Shown here in pieces: positions 1 through 14,800 of a stretch of 64,000 nt of DNA. Location: positions 165,912,001-165,976,000 of the forward strand of contig OX597814.1 in assembly GCA_951406725.2 (NCBI GenBank), written 5' to 3'. Source of the DNA: Octopus vulgaris (lineage: Eukaryota). The position numbers and the translations under genes were made by a program. The first letter of the stretch is position 1. Every line of letters starts with the position of its first letter. Below the pieces are notes generated by a model that searched no databases, was not told where the DNA came from, and was given only the letters and a program-made list of their open reading frames with translations.

Positions 1-35
1 TGTGTATATATAGATATATACACAAACACACACAC

Positions 36-500
36 ATATCTCAAAAGTAACTAGACACTCCTTATTATACCATTTTATCTGTATGGACACTACTTGATGC
101 TTCAAACTTGTTAATATATTATTATTTTCCATATTAGATTAGAGTAAATGACTGTTTATAGCAACTGGCCTTGATGCGAACACCAGAAGCAAAAGAGTTG
201 TCTGATCTTCAAAGAGGGCATATTGTGGGGCAAACTGAGGGAGAACTTAGCTGGCATAAGATTGCACAAAACCTTGGCATTCTTCTTGCAACAATCAATA
301 GAGTGATTGAACAATTCACCAGCAAATGAAAGGAATCAACAACATCCTGCTGAGGTCGACCTGGGCCCTTAGACAGGTATCTTTGGGGTTGCAAGCAGAT
401 TGTTGAAATGAAACAGTCCTCTTGTAAGGCAGCTAATGTCGCAAAGTAACTCCAAATGAATCAGAAAACTTCTGTGAGAATTTCTATTGACCTGGCTACT
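36..500 (+). mobile_element. Tc1-like transposon remnant (5' end, transposase HTH)
   Basis: TIR-like tatctcaaaagtaactagacac. From 175: [48 protein letters not shown], then a GRP motif. Frameshifted. Confidence 0.7.
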
Positions 501-1740
501 GAATTGAAAGTAATAATATATTAAGTTTTAAGCACTACATAGTGTCCACACAAATGAAACAGTATAATGAAGTATATATACATACACAGAAATTTTTGAA
601 GTGTCTATTTAAGTATATATATATATATATATATTACACCTACAAAAATTTAGCGAGTCATAAGAGCTAATACAACTATTCATAAGAGCTAATAATTTAT
701 TTACCAGATAATAATTTATTTAGCTAGCAAGTATTAGAAAATATCTCCAAAGCAAATACTCAATATAATGCTCATCAATTTCATGGATTAAATATCTTCA
801 TTTGCCTTGATATATACACCTTTATTCATCAACAGGGTTAAACTCTATTAAAAATGTTAACACTGCTACCAAGACTACTGAGAAGTTAAGGCTTAAGTTG
901 GTGACAGCAGTTAAAAAACAGGATTGCAAAAATAAATTGCTTCACTGAGCTGATGGCAAAACTTGGTATCTTGGCTTCACCTAATTAAATACTCAGTTCT
1001 GTTTATAAATAAATGGTAATTAATGTAATACAAAAATAGTCATCCATTAAAATTTTTATAAAAATAATTTTCCTGGCAGCCCCCAAGAACTAAATCATCT
1101 ACTTTCTAACAAAAACTGAAGACAGTGAAAAGGGAAGGAGTGAAATGTTTTCATCTAACACTATTTCCAGAGTGTTCAGATTACACTCTAATTATTACTA
1201 TTATTATTATTATTATTATTATTATTATGAACCATATTAATCAGTCTTACATTCAGTTAACTACAAGAACTACATGCCATTCAATGTTCAACTCTACCCA
1301 GCAGATGGGAGTCATATTCTTCATTCATACTTTATAATTTATCAATACCAAGATAACGTATTTTTGTTTGTTTTTTTTTGTTTTGTTTTTGTTTTTATCC
1401 CAAAAGATTCTGTTAACATTTCATACTAAAAAAATTATTAGCCACATAGTGGTAGATATTCTTCAATTATAAACCAAAGTGTATATAATAGACAAAAATC
1501 AATAAACACGTTGTTGCACTATGTCCCACAAATCTACAGTAAACAATGGAAATCAAAGATATTCTCAGCAAAATCAGCCAGACATAATAGATGTCAATAT
1601 ATCAACAAAATAACCAACATAATTGCTATTCTGGGAGTGGGAGTCGTATGGGGGGAAAAATTGCAGTTTTGTGATATTGTCACTTATTTTTCTTTTTTTT
1701 TTTTTGTTTTGTTTTTTTGTAATATTTTATATTTCATATA

Positions 1741-2862
1741 TGCACCCAGAACCATGATAATAGTTTAGGAGTGAAATTTAGGATTTCTCAGTTTTCTGTG
1801 AATCGATTTTGATAAAACTTTTCCCAGCTGGTTTGCATACTATGGCAATACCATTGTTGTTATGTTTTCATTATTCTGTGTAACATCCTTCTTTCTTTAT
1901 TTCAGATTCTTCAGTTTTTGGGTGAACCACACTAATAGTGTCTCTCCTCTCTAAGAACAATGGGATGTGGAAAAGGCCTTAATGATGAAGAGAAAGTCTG
2001 TCATCATCAAGGAAAGTGCTAAAGGAACCTCTCTTCATGTCATCGCAGAGAAGTTAGGTCGTCATGTGGACATGGTGAGATAATTACTGAAGGACTCTTT
2101 GCCAAAGAAGAAATGGTCCAATTGTGGAACCTTCAAGACATGACATTTGACATAAGTTGTGTTCTGTTCACTGGCTAGATGGCATACCGCTGTCACTTCT
2201 AAGGAATCTCATATTCATGCATGACAATGCTCTCTCCCACTCTGCTAGGACCACCCAAACATTACTAGGGTCTTACGGCATACAAGGTGAAAACTAAATG
2301 GTGTGGCTGCCAGCATCTCTGGATTTTAACCCTGTCAAAAATCTTTGGTTCATCATTAAACAAGATGTTTATGCCAATGGACGCCAATTTACGTCGAAAC
2401 ATGTCTTATGGGTAACCATCAAAAATGCAGCAGAGACAGTCCAACCTGCTACAATTAAGAAATTGACAGAATCTATGACTAATAAGGTTCTTGAAGTTAT
2501 CCGTCGAAATGGTGCTCATGTGGCTAAATAATTCATTATGTCAATAAATGTTATAACATTATCATAGTTTTCTGTTAAATATATACTCAATGTATGTTTA
2601 ATATGTATTATTACTCTTCATTTTCTGGAGAAAAAAAATGTCTAGATGGGCTATATTCATTCAAAAGCTATTAGTGTGGTTCACCCAAAAACTGAAGAAT
2701 CTGAAATAGAAAAGAAAGGATGTTACATTGAATAATGAAAACATAACAATGGTGTTGCCATAGTGTGCAAACCAGTTGGGAAAGTTTTATCAAAATCTAT
2801 TCACAGAAAACCAAGAAATCCTAAATTTCACTCCTAAGCTTATTTGCATGGTTCTGGGTGTG
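1741..2862 (+). mobile_element. Internally deleted Tc1-like (DD34E) transposon with ~200-bp TIRs
   Basis: 1741-1939 is the near-perfect reverse complement of 2668-2862, flanked by TA. Internal FMHDNALSH and WLPASLDFNPVKNLW are degenerate forms of DNAPxH and WPPxSPDLNPIENLW. Confidence 0.9.
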
Positions 2863-2908
<46 letters not shown>

Positions 2909-3488
2909 CATATGTATATATTTAATTTTCAAATTTTTCAACTATTGAATTCTTTTAGAAATATTTAAAATATGATAAAAAAAAAACTGAAAAAAACCTG
3001 TCCTAATTAATGCTATGATATTGCATTAGTAATTAGTTGTCAATTATGTATAAAAATAAAAAAAGCATGAAAATGTAAGAAGTGAACAATGGAACCTTTG
3101 ATACATTCTGTATGGATGCATGTGTACTTTGGAAATAACATCTTGTCAATGTATGTGTGGATAAACATTTAGCAGTAAAAGTTTATTATGTAAAGTAAAT
3201 AATCGTAAACAACAAAGTTTATCATTTTTATATTAAGATACAAAACTTAATTAATATAAGAAAAAAGTGACCCACATAGCTCTTATAAGCTTCTTAAAGA
3301 TATCCATGGGGTTAGATACAAGCTGAAATTCAATTGCAAAAGTTCATCTATCCTCACCTTCCTTCCAGCTAAAAAAATAACTTCAAATAAAACTGGTTTA
3401 AAATATTTCTCATGGACTTAAACACACATACAAACATGTCTATGAATAAACAACAATTATATATGCATGTGCATGTATTATTTTTACT

Positions 3489-3560
<72 letters not shown>

Positions 3561-4974
3561 TTGCATTTTGTGAACAATAACTTTGTTGACTATAGGTTTT
3601 CAATGGGTAATCATGGATTCACTTTTACAAGGGCAAGAGCATCATAGGGAATGTCTGTGCAAATTGAGCAGAAAAATAGTACAGGGTGTTTTACTTCAAA
3701 AGTATAGTTAATCAGTTTTATCACCAATGTTTTCATCTTTTTTCCAATATGCATACATGCATATATAACTACACAGCTTGATTTGCGCCATGAATATATT
3801 ATTTATACTATATACATATATATATATATATATATATACATATACATACATTCATATATGTCCATATGTGTGCATTATATTGTACCCTAACATATATGTT
3901 AATTTACGGTGTAAACAACAGCCTAAATTCAATTTCACATATATAAATATATACCAACAATTTTTATACATTGCATTAGCAGCATCTCTAATATCATTAA
4001 TTTAATATAATTTCCCATATTATTATGGATTACAGTTGTCATCAGAGTACCAAGACCATATCTCCTGGAATCATTTCATCGAAAATTAAACTCCCCCAGC
4101 CCACTCCAACCACCTCAGCTTTTCATAGTCTGTTGTTGCATTGTTTATCCTTTCCTGTTATCTAACAAGAGACCTTCTTGAAGCTTTCCTTATCCATTTC
4201 AACCCCCTTCCATCTTTTACAATTACCTTCAGTGTGATTCATTTGTTGAAGTCTTCAGTAACTTTCACTACAGTGCATCACATTTTTATTATTTTTTGGT
4301 GCTACCTTCCTGAACAATCTGTAAAATTTGCAGCCAAATCTATCTCAAACTATGCCCCATTGCCTTAAAAAGGAAAAGACACATTGGATAATGTAGTCTT
4401 AGATATATGAAAAGACAGAACTGCCATGTTAGGAATGCTTTTCGTTATATGTCTTTCTGACCAGGACTGACATGGGCTAAACGAAGCCACCACTTGATTA
4501 AGTGAGTAACAAGCAATAAATACCCTAATGTTTATTTTTCAACATCCCAGCCCCTATTCAAAATTTTCCACCTTTTCTTCTCTTCATTACACTCTAGCTT
4601 CTCTGAGAAGAATTTTCCTTACTAATTTGCACATTTCATCCACTAAACAATAATGATGAAGACAATGATGATTCAGCCATTAACGATGGTCATGGTTTGA
4701 ATAATCTTATTATATCCTAAGCCAGCATTATGTGCTGATTAAACATCATTCAGTTACTGTTATTCCGGATTTAGTCATTGCACTGAAGCTATGCTGGGCA
4801 CCACCTTAAAGGGTTATTGATTCCAGTACTTATTCCAGTGTGATACTTATTTTATCATTCTTAATTTAAGCCATTGAACAAACACTGGTTCTAGTTTTTC
4901 CAGTCAAAATGTAAACACAGATACACACAAAGATATATATATAGACACACTTACATATATATACCTACGTGGTC

Positions 4975-5335
4975 AGTAACCTGGGCAGTCCAAAAGACCC
5001 AAAGTTACATCAAACTCATCAGCCTGAGACTGTCTAGAGTTCTAGCTAACAGTATAGTATTAATCTCATCTTATGTAATATCCGAACCCTTTCTAACCGT
5101 AGTAAGAGCCTTATCAAGTAATATTGACAACATTTACAAGTAGTAAAATTTACTATGTTGAACTGCATGAACAAGGTATTGCTCTTATTGCAAAGTTGTT
5201 CAAACCAGAGTATCATCTTCTTGATATTCTCCCGGGGGCTCAGACTTGTGTCTTCCTTAACCTTGGGAATTACCCTATCTAAAAGATTCTTACTAATACA
5301 GCCAATATCTGATTTTGAGGGGTGAATGAGCTAAG
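4975..5335 (-). mobile_element. Penelope-like element reverse transcriptase remnant
   Basis: Minus-strand translation with frameshifts: LIHPSKSDIGCISK..LDRV..WFEQLCNKSNTLFMQFNIVNFY..LLDKAL..DEINTILLAR..FDVTLG. This matches the PLE RT pattern RLINPAKSEIG..FIQFDIVDFYPS..FDVTMGSFDG. Confidence 0.7.
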
Positions 5336-5362
5336 CACACACACACACACATATGTATATGT

Positions 5363-5670
5363 AGTGGAGGCACATGGCCTATCGGTTGGAGTAGCGGACT
5401 CGTGGTCAAGGGATTGCAGGTTCGAATCTCAGACCGGGCGATATGTGTGTTTATGAGCAAAACACCTAAGCTCCATGCGGCTCTGGCAGAAGGTAATGGC
5501 GAACTTCTGCTGACTCCTTCGCCACAACTTTCTCTCACTCTTTCCTTCTGCATCTTGCAGCTCAACTGCGACGGACCGGCATCCCATCCAGGTGGGGAAC
5601 CTTATACATCAAGGAAACCGGGAAACTGGCCTTTATTATCCAGGCATGGCTCAAGAAGGAACAAAGAAAC
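5363..5670 (+). mobile_element. tRNA-derived SINE, family A
   Basis: Head ggaggcacatggcctatcggttggagtagcggactc..ggttcgaatctc has Pol III A/B-box-like motifs. A related copy lies at 47351-47656 on the minus strand. Confidence 0.8.
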
Positions 5671-8600
5671 ATATATATATATATATATATACACAAATAA
5701 AACACACACACACGCAGTTTCAATCAACCAACTTCCACTCATAGTAACACTAGTGAACCCAAGATTTTAGTAACCCAATACCCAAAGTCCTACACAGTGG
5801 AATTGAATGCAGTACCACATTGTTACAAAGTAAACTTCTTAACCAAATAGCCTTGTCTGTATCACACAGTCAAACTAAGAATACCAGAAACCAGGTAACC
5901 GAGTAAATAGACAATGAAAATAACAGGGGTAATCAACCAATACAGCAAGGTAAATATGATCAGGAATAATTTCACTAGTTTCAGCACCACCAGATCAATA
6001 ATATTATTGTTATGCTGTCAGTCACATTCTTTACCAACATTTCATTTTCAGCAGTTATATTATTACAGCATCCCAATCAACAATTTAAAATCTCAAAGAT
6101 AATTAATCACTATCAACATCTCTTTCTCTCACTCTCTCTCTCTCTTTAAATATATATATATATACATATATATGTGATACATACATACTCAAAAGTAAAC
6201 AACAGCTATATATTCTCAGTAGCAACAACCACTGTAATTATTATGATGGCAATTAAAAAGAACACCCAATTCTGTATACAACAACAGTTAAAACCACAAT
6301 TTTTAAAGGAACTGTCCTACTATACAGGCATTAAGAAAAGTTATGTAATTTACTATAGTTTTTAAAGCAGTTCTTTGAACTTAAACTTTCACCTTTCATC
6401 TCATTCCTCCCAGTGAAAAATATACATTTATAAATATTTTACTTATGTAACTTGCAAGTTGAAAAAAACTGAAGTCTTGTGAATTTGTATCAGCTCTGCT
6501 TCATATATTCATAAATAACATTCCAAGAATATAATTTTATAAATGCAATTATGAAAATGTGAAAACTTGCAATGGAAAACTGTACTTATTTACTGATGAC
6601 AAAATAGTCATTTAGTATCATCCAAAATGTTTAATAATAGATGATGTCATTATCACATTGCATTTCCAAATCTTATACTGAACATAATATTATCTTCCAA
6701 CGCAATATATTAGATTCCTATTTCTATATTGGACATGTTACAACAGAATTTCTTGTGACTGTTAACAAGAATTGAGCAGAAAGTACCACAAATTTTGACA
6801 ACCAGTATCACAGTACCATTCTGGAAAAGAAAGGAGGATATCTTTGCCCAACCCAATTAGTGTGTCACTATATGATATTCTTTGAACTCATTCTTGACAC
6901 TTGATTGTGCAATATCATCCATATCATATCCAACCAATGTGGACTTATTTAGGGCAGTAAAACAACCACTGACATTCATGTTGTCTGATTAAATTACAGA
7001 GACGCACTGAGAACAAAAAGAACTAATTGCAAAGCATTTTGAAAGTATAATATCAAAGATAATGAGTCAAGAAAGTTATATTTACTGGGGAATAATTTCA
7101 AGAAGTTAACATAATAATTACTCAAAATTTTGTTTTGTTCCTATCTGAATTTTTAGGAAATCCAGAATCTATTGCCTGATATTACTGACATGAGAATGTC
7201 AGAAAAAAGATTTTTAAACAACAAATTCTCCATATAAAAGCATTCTTAGAATGATAACCCACTATAACAATAGATAACAAAATGAAGATTTATGATCAAA
7301 AGAATTCAAGAGAGTTTTTGCTTCAACACATTCAGATTTGAAAAGACTCAGGAAAATTTATTTTACAGCTTAAGATCTACTTCTTTAATACAGACGTAGT
7401 TTGAATGGATCCACAATAGGGCATCATTCCATCCATTATCGAACTTAATGTGAAAGCTAATATGCTATGACCTGATCTAATTGCAACTTTGGACTACATC
7501 TGCTACTAAATCACATCACATTTTTAATCAATGTTCATATTTCACATCCAACAACCTGTACTCAATTCTCCTCTAGTTTTACACTCATCTAGCATCTTGA
7601 CTCAAGGGCTAACAAAATCAGCAGTTCTTGTACACTGTTAACTACATCCAATAAAACAACAGTGAAAAGAAATAACATCTTTCAGTATTTATCATCATCA
7701 TTCATAATTCCTTATCTTGTGAGTTACGTGGTGACCCTGCCAGTTTTTCTACCTGGCCAGTTCCTGTGAACCATCCTATCCATGCATGCATGGAAGATGG
7801 ATGTTAAACAATGATAACGACAATGATGAGGATTTACATCATAAGGACATAACCACATCATCTAATGATTTTGAGAAATATTAACAGGAATTCATCCTTA
7901 TTGTATATAAATGGATTGGATTTCATAGTTTTGAGAAATTAGGTTTTTAGTTTTTAATCAAATATAAATATATATAGCAGTGGTTCTGGTTTTACAAGCC
8001 TGTATCAAAGCAGCAGCTTTGTGATAATACCCAATACCAATTATCAGGGCTAAAAATAGAGTTATAAATAGATCAATCAGAGAGTCCATTTAACCAAAGT
8101 GATCAGCAGAAACACATTTTAAGGCACATGGGGAGTTATCACTGACAAGAAAGTTGTCGAAATGGTACAAAATTATAAAAAAAATAATACAGGTCTTTCA
8201 GAGAACAAATTTACATTGACACCTCATACATATGTATAAATGTCTTAACTTGTGGTAGTATATGACAGATTATTATAAGAGATTATGCAGCATGAGACAT
8301 GTCAGTAGTTTGTTTAAACTTACACGGGAAAGTGAGGAAACAATGCAGCTAATGAAAGTATGAAATTAGATAAGGAGCATACTGAGGTGTCATATGACAG
8401 TCAAACACCATGTATATAATCTTACTTATTTCAAGAAAATGCAAGACTTACCACAACTTATCCACTTAAGATAATCAGTAACCTCATGACAATATCCATG
8501 ACGCAACTTTATCATTGCCATTTAATAACTGAGGAAACAAATTTATGTAGAATTATGCATAAACAAAATAACAGGGCCACCCACATATTTAGAGAATGTT

Positions 8601-9420
8601 TCAAAGAGTCTCATCAAGAAAAACAACTATATCATATATTAGCAAGAAGACGAGGTGGTACAGTAAAAAAGCAGTTGTGTATAACATAACCACACTCAGA
8701 ATTGATATAAAAGTAGGTGGGTTTTCAAAGTCATAACTTCCAACAAAAGAGAGAAGAAGGGGAGAGAAGGGGAAGGGGGTGTATAATAGTCATATAAAAT
8801 AAGTAAAAGTAGGTTATAGTGTTACACTTTACAGCTACAACAGTCCATAACATGTCATAGTATCAAGAATATGGGATAGATAAAATTATCATAAAAGGTT
8901 ATGGAGATACAGCTACAACTGTCAGAGTCACAACTAAAACATTCTAAAGAAATATGAGTATCGTAGCTTGCATTTTCTATTATGCAAAAGAAATGTCAAC
9001 TCTTATATGTATTATACACTAAAACTGAAAAAATAAATAAAATAAAATAGTTATTCAAACAAAATATTTTGTTTATTTGTTTTGTTTCTTAATTTGATTT
9101 CATATATTTTGATATGAATCCCAGATATCCAAATCAGAAAAAAATTTCATTACTAGGTTTACTGATCAGATTTATTCAAGATTAAGTATAAATAACGATG
9201 ATAATTTCTAACATAGGCACAAAGCCACATGTTTTGGAGGAAGTGGGTAATTTAAATTCATTCTAATACTTGACTTAAACTTATTTTACCAACCCCAAAA
9301 GAATGAAAGGCAAAGTTGGTCTGACAGAAGTGAACTTCAAACAAAAGTGGATGCAAACAAATACTGCAAGGTAAAGTATTTGCCATCCATTACCTAATAA
9401 TAATAATAATAATAATATAA

Positions 9421-10560
9421 GTGGACAAACTAAACAGCTTAGACAGAAAGTCAAGGAAGTTGCTAACTAGATATGGGTCACTCCACTCAAAAAGTGACAC
9501 AGACAAACTGTATGCACCAAGAAAAAGAGGGAGAAGAGGACTTATTGGATGTGAACACAGCATTAGAGCAGAAGAAAGCAACATAGCATGGTATGTGAAA
9601 AATGCCACAGAACTGCTATTATTAGAAGTAAGAAGGTCAGGCTTGTGTAGGATGAAAGATTGCAAAGATAAAACACTGTACAAGAAATTGAAAATGAATG
9701 AAACTGAAAACAGATGGATAAAGAAAAGAATGCATGGTCAATTTCATAGAGATGTTGAAGACAGACAGAGAAAAAAGATGGCTGTGGATGACTAAAAGTG
9801 ATTTAAGACCAGAAGTGGAGGCTCTAATCTGTGCTGCCCAAGAGCAAGCACTAAGAACAAACTACATAAAATACAGAATAGACAACACAGCAGAAAGTGA
9901 TAAGTGCAGAATCTGTGGACAAAACAGTGAAACCGTATGGCATATTACCAGCCAATGTACGCCACTAGCCCAGAAGGAATATCAGAGACGCCATGACAAT
10001 ATAGCCAGGCTTGTCCATTGGACACTTTGCAAAAAGTATGGACTTGACAGAGCAAAAAATTGGTACAACCACAAACCTGAAGGCAACATTGAAAATAGAA
10101 ATGCAAAGATCCTATGGGGTTTTATGATTCAGTGCGACCATGAGTTAGAGAATAGGAAGCCAGACATAGTCTTAATTGAGAAGGAAAATAAATTATACTG
10201 GATCATAGATATAGCACACCCAGCTGACAACAAGGTATGTGATAACGAAAAAGAAAAGTCAAGAGATATGACAGGTTAGCTTGGGAAGTTAAGCAGTTGT
10301 GGTTGATGAAAAAGATAGCAGTAGTACCAATAATTGTCGGAGCCCTGGGAACAGTGAGCAAAAATCTCAAGAAGTACATGGAACAAATAGGGGCTGCAAT
10401 AAAGGTGGAGCACTTTCAGAAAACAGCACTGCTTGGAACTACTCGAATACTCCAGAAGGTGCTTGAAAAATAAGAGGTGTTGCCTTAGTTCATTAGTAGT
10501 GAACAGCTGACACTGTAGTACATCTCCAGCGTTAGAAGCTGTGCAAAGGCAATGATGATA
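9421..10560 (+). mobile_element. 5'-truncated Dong/R4-clade LINE (RT C-terminus, CCHC knuckle, restriction-like endonuclease)
   Basis: ORFs 9421..9795 and 9734..10279 contain LYAPRKRGRRGL, AAQEQALRTN, CRICGQNSETVWHITSQC, RRHDNI and RKPDIVL..IIDIA. C-terminal KTALLGTTRILQKVL*. (TAA)n on both flanks. Confidence 0.9.
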
Positions 10561-10573
10561 ATAATAATAATAA

Positions 10574-10770
10574 TCCTTTCTACTAAAGGCATAAGGACTG
10601 AAATTTGGGAGGAGGGGACTAGTTGATTACATCGCACCCAGTATTTTATAGGTACTTATTTCACTGACCCTGACAGGATGAAAGGCTAAGTTGAACTCAG
10701 GACGTAATGCTAGAAGAAATATTCCTAAGCATTTTGTCCAGTGCAGTAATGATTCAGCTAGCTCGCAGCC
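10574..10770 (-). mobile_element. tRNA-derived SINE, family B (representative of many copies, e.g. ~9205-9390, 12077-12290, 16325-16540, 30423-30625, 41733-41945, 43090-43270, 62345-62556)
   Basis: Shared core gactttgcctttcatcctttcggggtcgataaa..aagtaccagt and tail ..ccttgtgcctatagtagaaagg(att)n recur across the window. Confidence 0.8.
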
Positions 10771-11318
10771 ATTTTATTATTATTATTATTATTATTATTA
10801 TCATTATTATTTCAAATTTTGGTACAATGCCAGCAAGTTCAGGGGAAGGGGTAAGACAATTATCCCAGTGCTAAACCGATACTTATTTTATCAATAACAA
10901 AAGGATGAAAGGCAAAGTCAACCTTGGCAGAATTTAATAATAATAATTATAATGGTAATAGCTTATTAAAAAGGCACAGGATGAATTTTTATAAGGGAAG
11001 TAGTATAATTGATTAAACAAGCAGGATTTGAAATTAGAAGCAGTAACTGAATGCAAAGCACCTAAAGTAGCTCTCAACCACCTATGCCATTTTTACCACC
11101 AGCACCATCATGACGACGATGGTGATGATGACGATGGTACTTGGATGCTGAATGTCTTCCACGATAATTAACAATCAAGTATCAAAGCTTATAATGTGTG
11201 GAAAGTGATCCTGTGAGACCTCTGCCAACAGGCTGCTGTCCGCTTTCACAGAATCGACCAGAGCAAACAAGACCAAGTGCTCTGAGAAGTAAAACAGCAA
11301 CAACAACAACAAAAATAG

Positions 11319-11369
<51 letters not shown>

Positions 11370-11824
11370 TAACAATAATAATTCTTTTAACCAGGTGCAA
11401 TGCTGTTACTTGTAAAGAGCGTACTGAAGTGATCTCAGTATATTACTAGTTCTTGTTTTAACAGTTTCAAGACTATGGAAAATTAAGATTGATCCTAGTG
11501 AGATTTTGAACAACTAAATATAAGGCACCAAACTTTATATCATACTGTAAGTAGAACTTATTAATCAAGCAGAAAGCTAATTCTTTATAGAAGAAAGAAC
11601 TGGCTACAGCCAACAGAATCAAATTAGTATCTAAGTCCAGTTGGCTAGAATGACTCCTCACAAAGTATAAAATCTTACATTCAGAGCAGAAGAAAGTAGA
11701 TGTAATATTGTTCAGAAATGAGCAGTGCTAATAAACCTACTCCAACTGAGAATCAGAAATGGATCATGGACTGGGTTTATAAAGAACTTACTTTTCAATC
11801 ATAACCACAACCAACAACAATAAC

Positions 11825-11863
<39 letters not shown>

Positions 11864-14800
11864 TTTTGATTTAAGCACAAGGCAAACAATTTTCAGGGGA
11901 GAGGCTAGTCCATAACAATGACTCTTGTATGTGACTAGGGATGAAAAAGCGAAGCTATTCCCAGCAGAATTTTAAATCAGAATGTAAAGAACAAAAAAAT
12001 ACTGTAAGACTTCTTTTTTTTTTTTTTTCTTTCTCACACTCTAACATTTCTGCCAATGCACCACCTTTAATGACTTCTGATTTAGGTACAAGGTCAGCAA
12101 TTTTGAAGGGCAGGGAAGCCAGACAATTACACCGACTCCATTACTTCAGTGGTACTTTATTTTATCTATCCCTAAGGGAAGACAAACAAAGTTGACCTGG
12201 GTGGGATTTGAAATCAAAGCATAAACAGCCAGAAGAAACAAGGCATCTTTTGTGTGATGCTCTAACAATTTTACCAATGCACCACCCTTTATCATAGAAA
12301 ATTCACAACAATAATTGACAAGTGATATATTTAGGAAGGGAAAGTCTATGATAAAAAAAAAAGCATCTATATAAGTGGGATTGGATATATTTCTTAGGAA
12401 TTTACATTTTACATTTATTCATTTCTTAACTATGGCACAAGGCCATAAATTTATGGGGAATGGGGTGAGATTGCATAGTGATCATGCCTTCATCAAGAAG
12501 ATTAGCAGTATAACCAGCAAAAAAAATAAAAAAGAACTCAGCGGCAGACATAACTTACTGGAAGTTTACCTTTCACTCTACAGTGCTCACAATATTATAA
12601 TTTATAAATTCATTTATATCTCTATACATATATACAGATATATATATATATATACACACACACACTCACACACACACAAACAAACACACATAATGTATGT
12701 AGGTATATGCATAGATTTTTTAATATATTTTGTTTAATCTTGTTTTTGTTTCTTTTTTAGTTTTATTAAAGTAACATGATAAATTTGTCCAACATTTTAA
12801 AACAACTGATATAAAACTATTCCCCTTAAATAATAAATCAACAAGAATTTTTGTGGTTTTTGATGTTGTTTTTTAAAGTGAGCAAATTATTTTTGTCTGT
12901 GAAACAATGAACCCAAAGAAAAGAATAAAAAAAAAATATTCATAGAAGCTTCTTCAAAATTCAAAATCATCAAAAAGATGCAAAAATATGTATTAAAAAA
13001 AAACGAAAAAAGAAAAAGAAAGAAAAAAATCATAACGCCCACCTTCTACTCTCATGGATTTGGCAAATGACTGGAAAAGTCATAAAGGCAACTGTATTGA
13101 TCTGGTATGTCTATAAACAGACAGTCTACCAGATGAAATTTGATGAAATATGATAACATGAAGAATGATTTCTATGATGATAGAAAGACAAGACAACGTA
13201 TGAAAATAGGAAGAGAGATCTGGCAGAAGAGAGTATATCAACAAGGGCCAAATACACAAAAATCTCCCTCAACATAACAACACTGATTTGCTGAAGGATA
13301 ACATGGCTTACATCCAGACATTTAAACATACATTATAAGAGAATACAGATTGCAATACTGAGGTACTGTTGTGATGTTATTACACACTTCAGCATTCTCC
13401 TTGTCTTTCACAACTGAGTGGTTAATGTTAATGAAATAAAAATAAAGGACCAATTTTGAGCTGAATTACTACATGGTCTAATGTCAAAACCATGCTAAGG
13501 AAGTAACACTAAATGGCCCATTTCATCAAACATATATATACATTCACACATTTATCCAATGATACTTAATAAATTTATAATGGTGATAGAGAGTTGACAA
13601 GTATGGGTAAAACTCAAGCTATGGGTAATACAATAAGAGGCCTGGCAGAGCTGCACAAGACTGTAAAATTCATAAGTTGAAACTTTGCTGCCTTCAAAAC
13701 ATATTACTCTGTATTTTCCTTTCAACTTAATTTAATGGTGGAAAGGTGAATGATAGAAAAGGAAGACACCAGGTTGGGAGGACCCTTGCTTCAACAATTC
13801 ATATATAAATAATATCAAATATGAAAACCAGTAAATCATTCAATTCATGTCAAGATGGAAGTAAAACTTCAACAATAACAACAAAAGAGCTATAATAGGT
13901 ACACTTTTTGCAAGCAGTTTATCATTCAGCATCATATAAGCATAGCTGTCTGTCTGAAAAGAACTGTGTCCTTTCTTTTCAGAAAATAAAGTAAAATTGT
14001 GAGTAAATTGTAAGCTTCAACGTCTTTTTTAAAGACTTGAGAAAATTTCCATATATTTTAAAATCATAATTCATGATGATGAATACAGTCAAATTAAACT
14101 AGTTCTAATAGAAAAATAATAAGGTTTAAGACAATCAACAACTGATCTTTCAGACCAACGTCATTAATACAAAGCTGTGCCTTCAATCCAATATTAGAAG
14201 ATGAAATGATTTGATTTGATTTGACAACACTTTGTGTGACTAGTCTTTTATCTTCTTCTAGAATTGGATAGGTAAAAAAAAAAAAATCACCATTTTAATG
14301 TCCACTTTTCTATTCTTGCATGGGTCAGATGAAACTTGTTGACGCAGCTTTTCCTATGGGAGAAAGCTCTTCTTTTCACTGACCTTTACTTGTTTACAAG
14401 TGAGGTAATATTTAACCAAGTCCTCTGAACAACAAAAAGCTTAATGGTCAGACATGTCAAGATAAGTGGTAAACACAAATGCTTACTTGCACACACCCGC
14501 ACATATGCAAAGGGCTTCTTACAGTTTCGTTCTACTCCTAAGACATTTGTCAGCCCATTGCTATAGCAGAAGACACCAGCTGCTGGTATGGAATAAATTC
14601 TAAGCATACAATTTCAAATCAGTCTTCTTAACCACACGGTCAAACCTCTGCCTATGCATGGCCTGTACCAATGCATTCCTACAAATGTATACATACATAA
14701 ATTTACACACACGCATGAACAGACTTTAAACACCAGTGTTGCCCTTCAGTATCTCTAGTGTATGGAAAGGATGAGAAGGATTATGAGTATTTAAGGGTCA

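Noticed and set aside
5363-5440. tRNA gene
   Set aside because: The tRNA-like head continues into a SINE body and tail with a second copy in the window, and a proper cloverleaf is not evident.
6400-8700. Second gene or coding exons in the repeat-poor region
   Set aside because: I found no open frame with convincing splice sites or motifs. It may be old transposon sequence; BLASTX would be needed.
11100-11300. Independent small gene (ORF 11198..11449)
   Set aside because: The ORF runs into (TAA)n. The unique part is more likely the 3' UTR of another TAA-associated LINE, but evidence is too thin to call.
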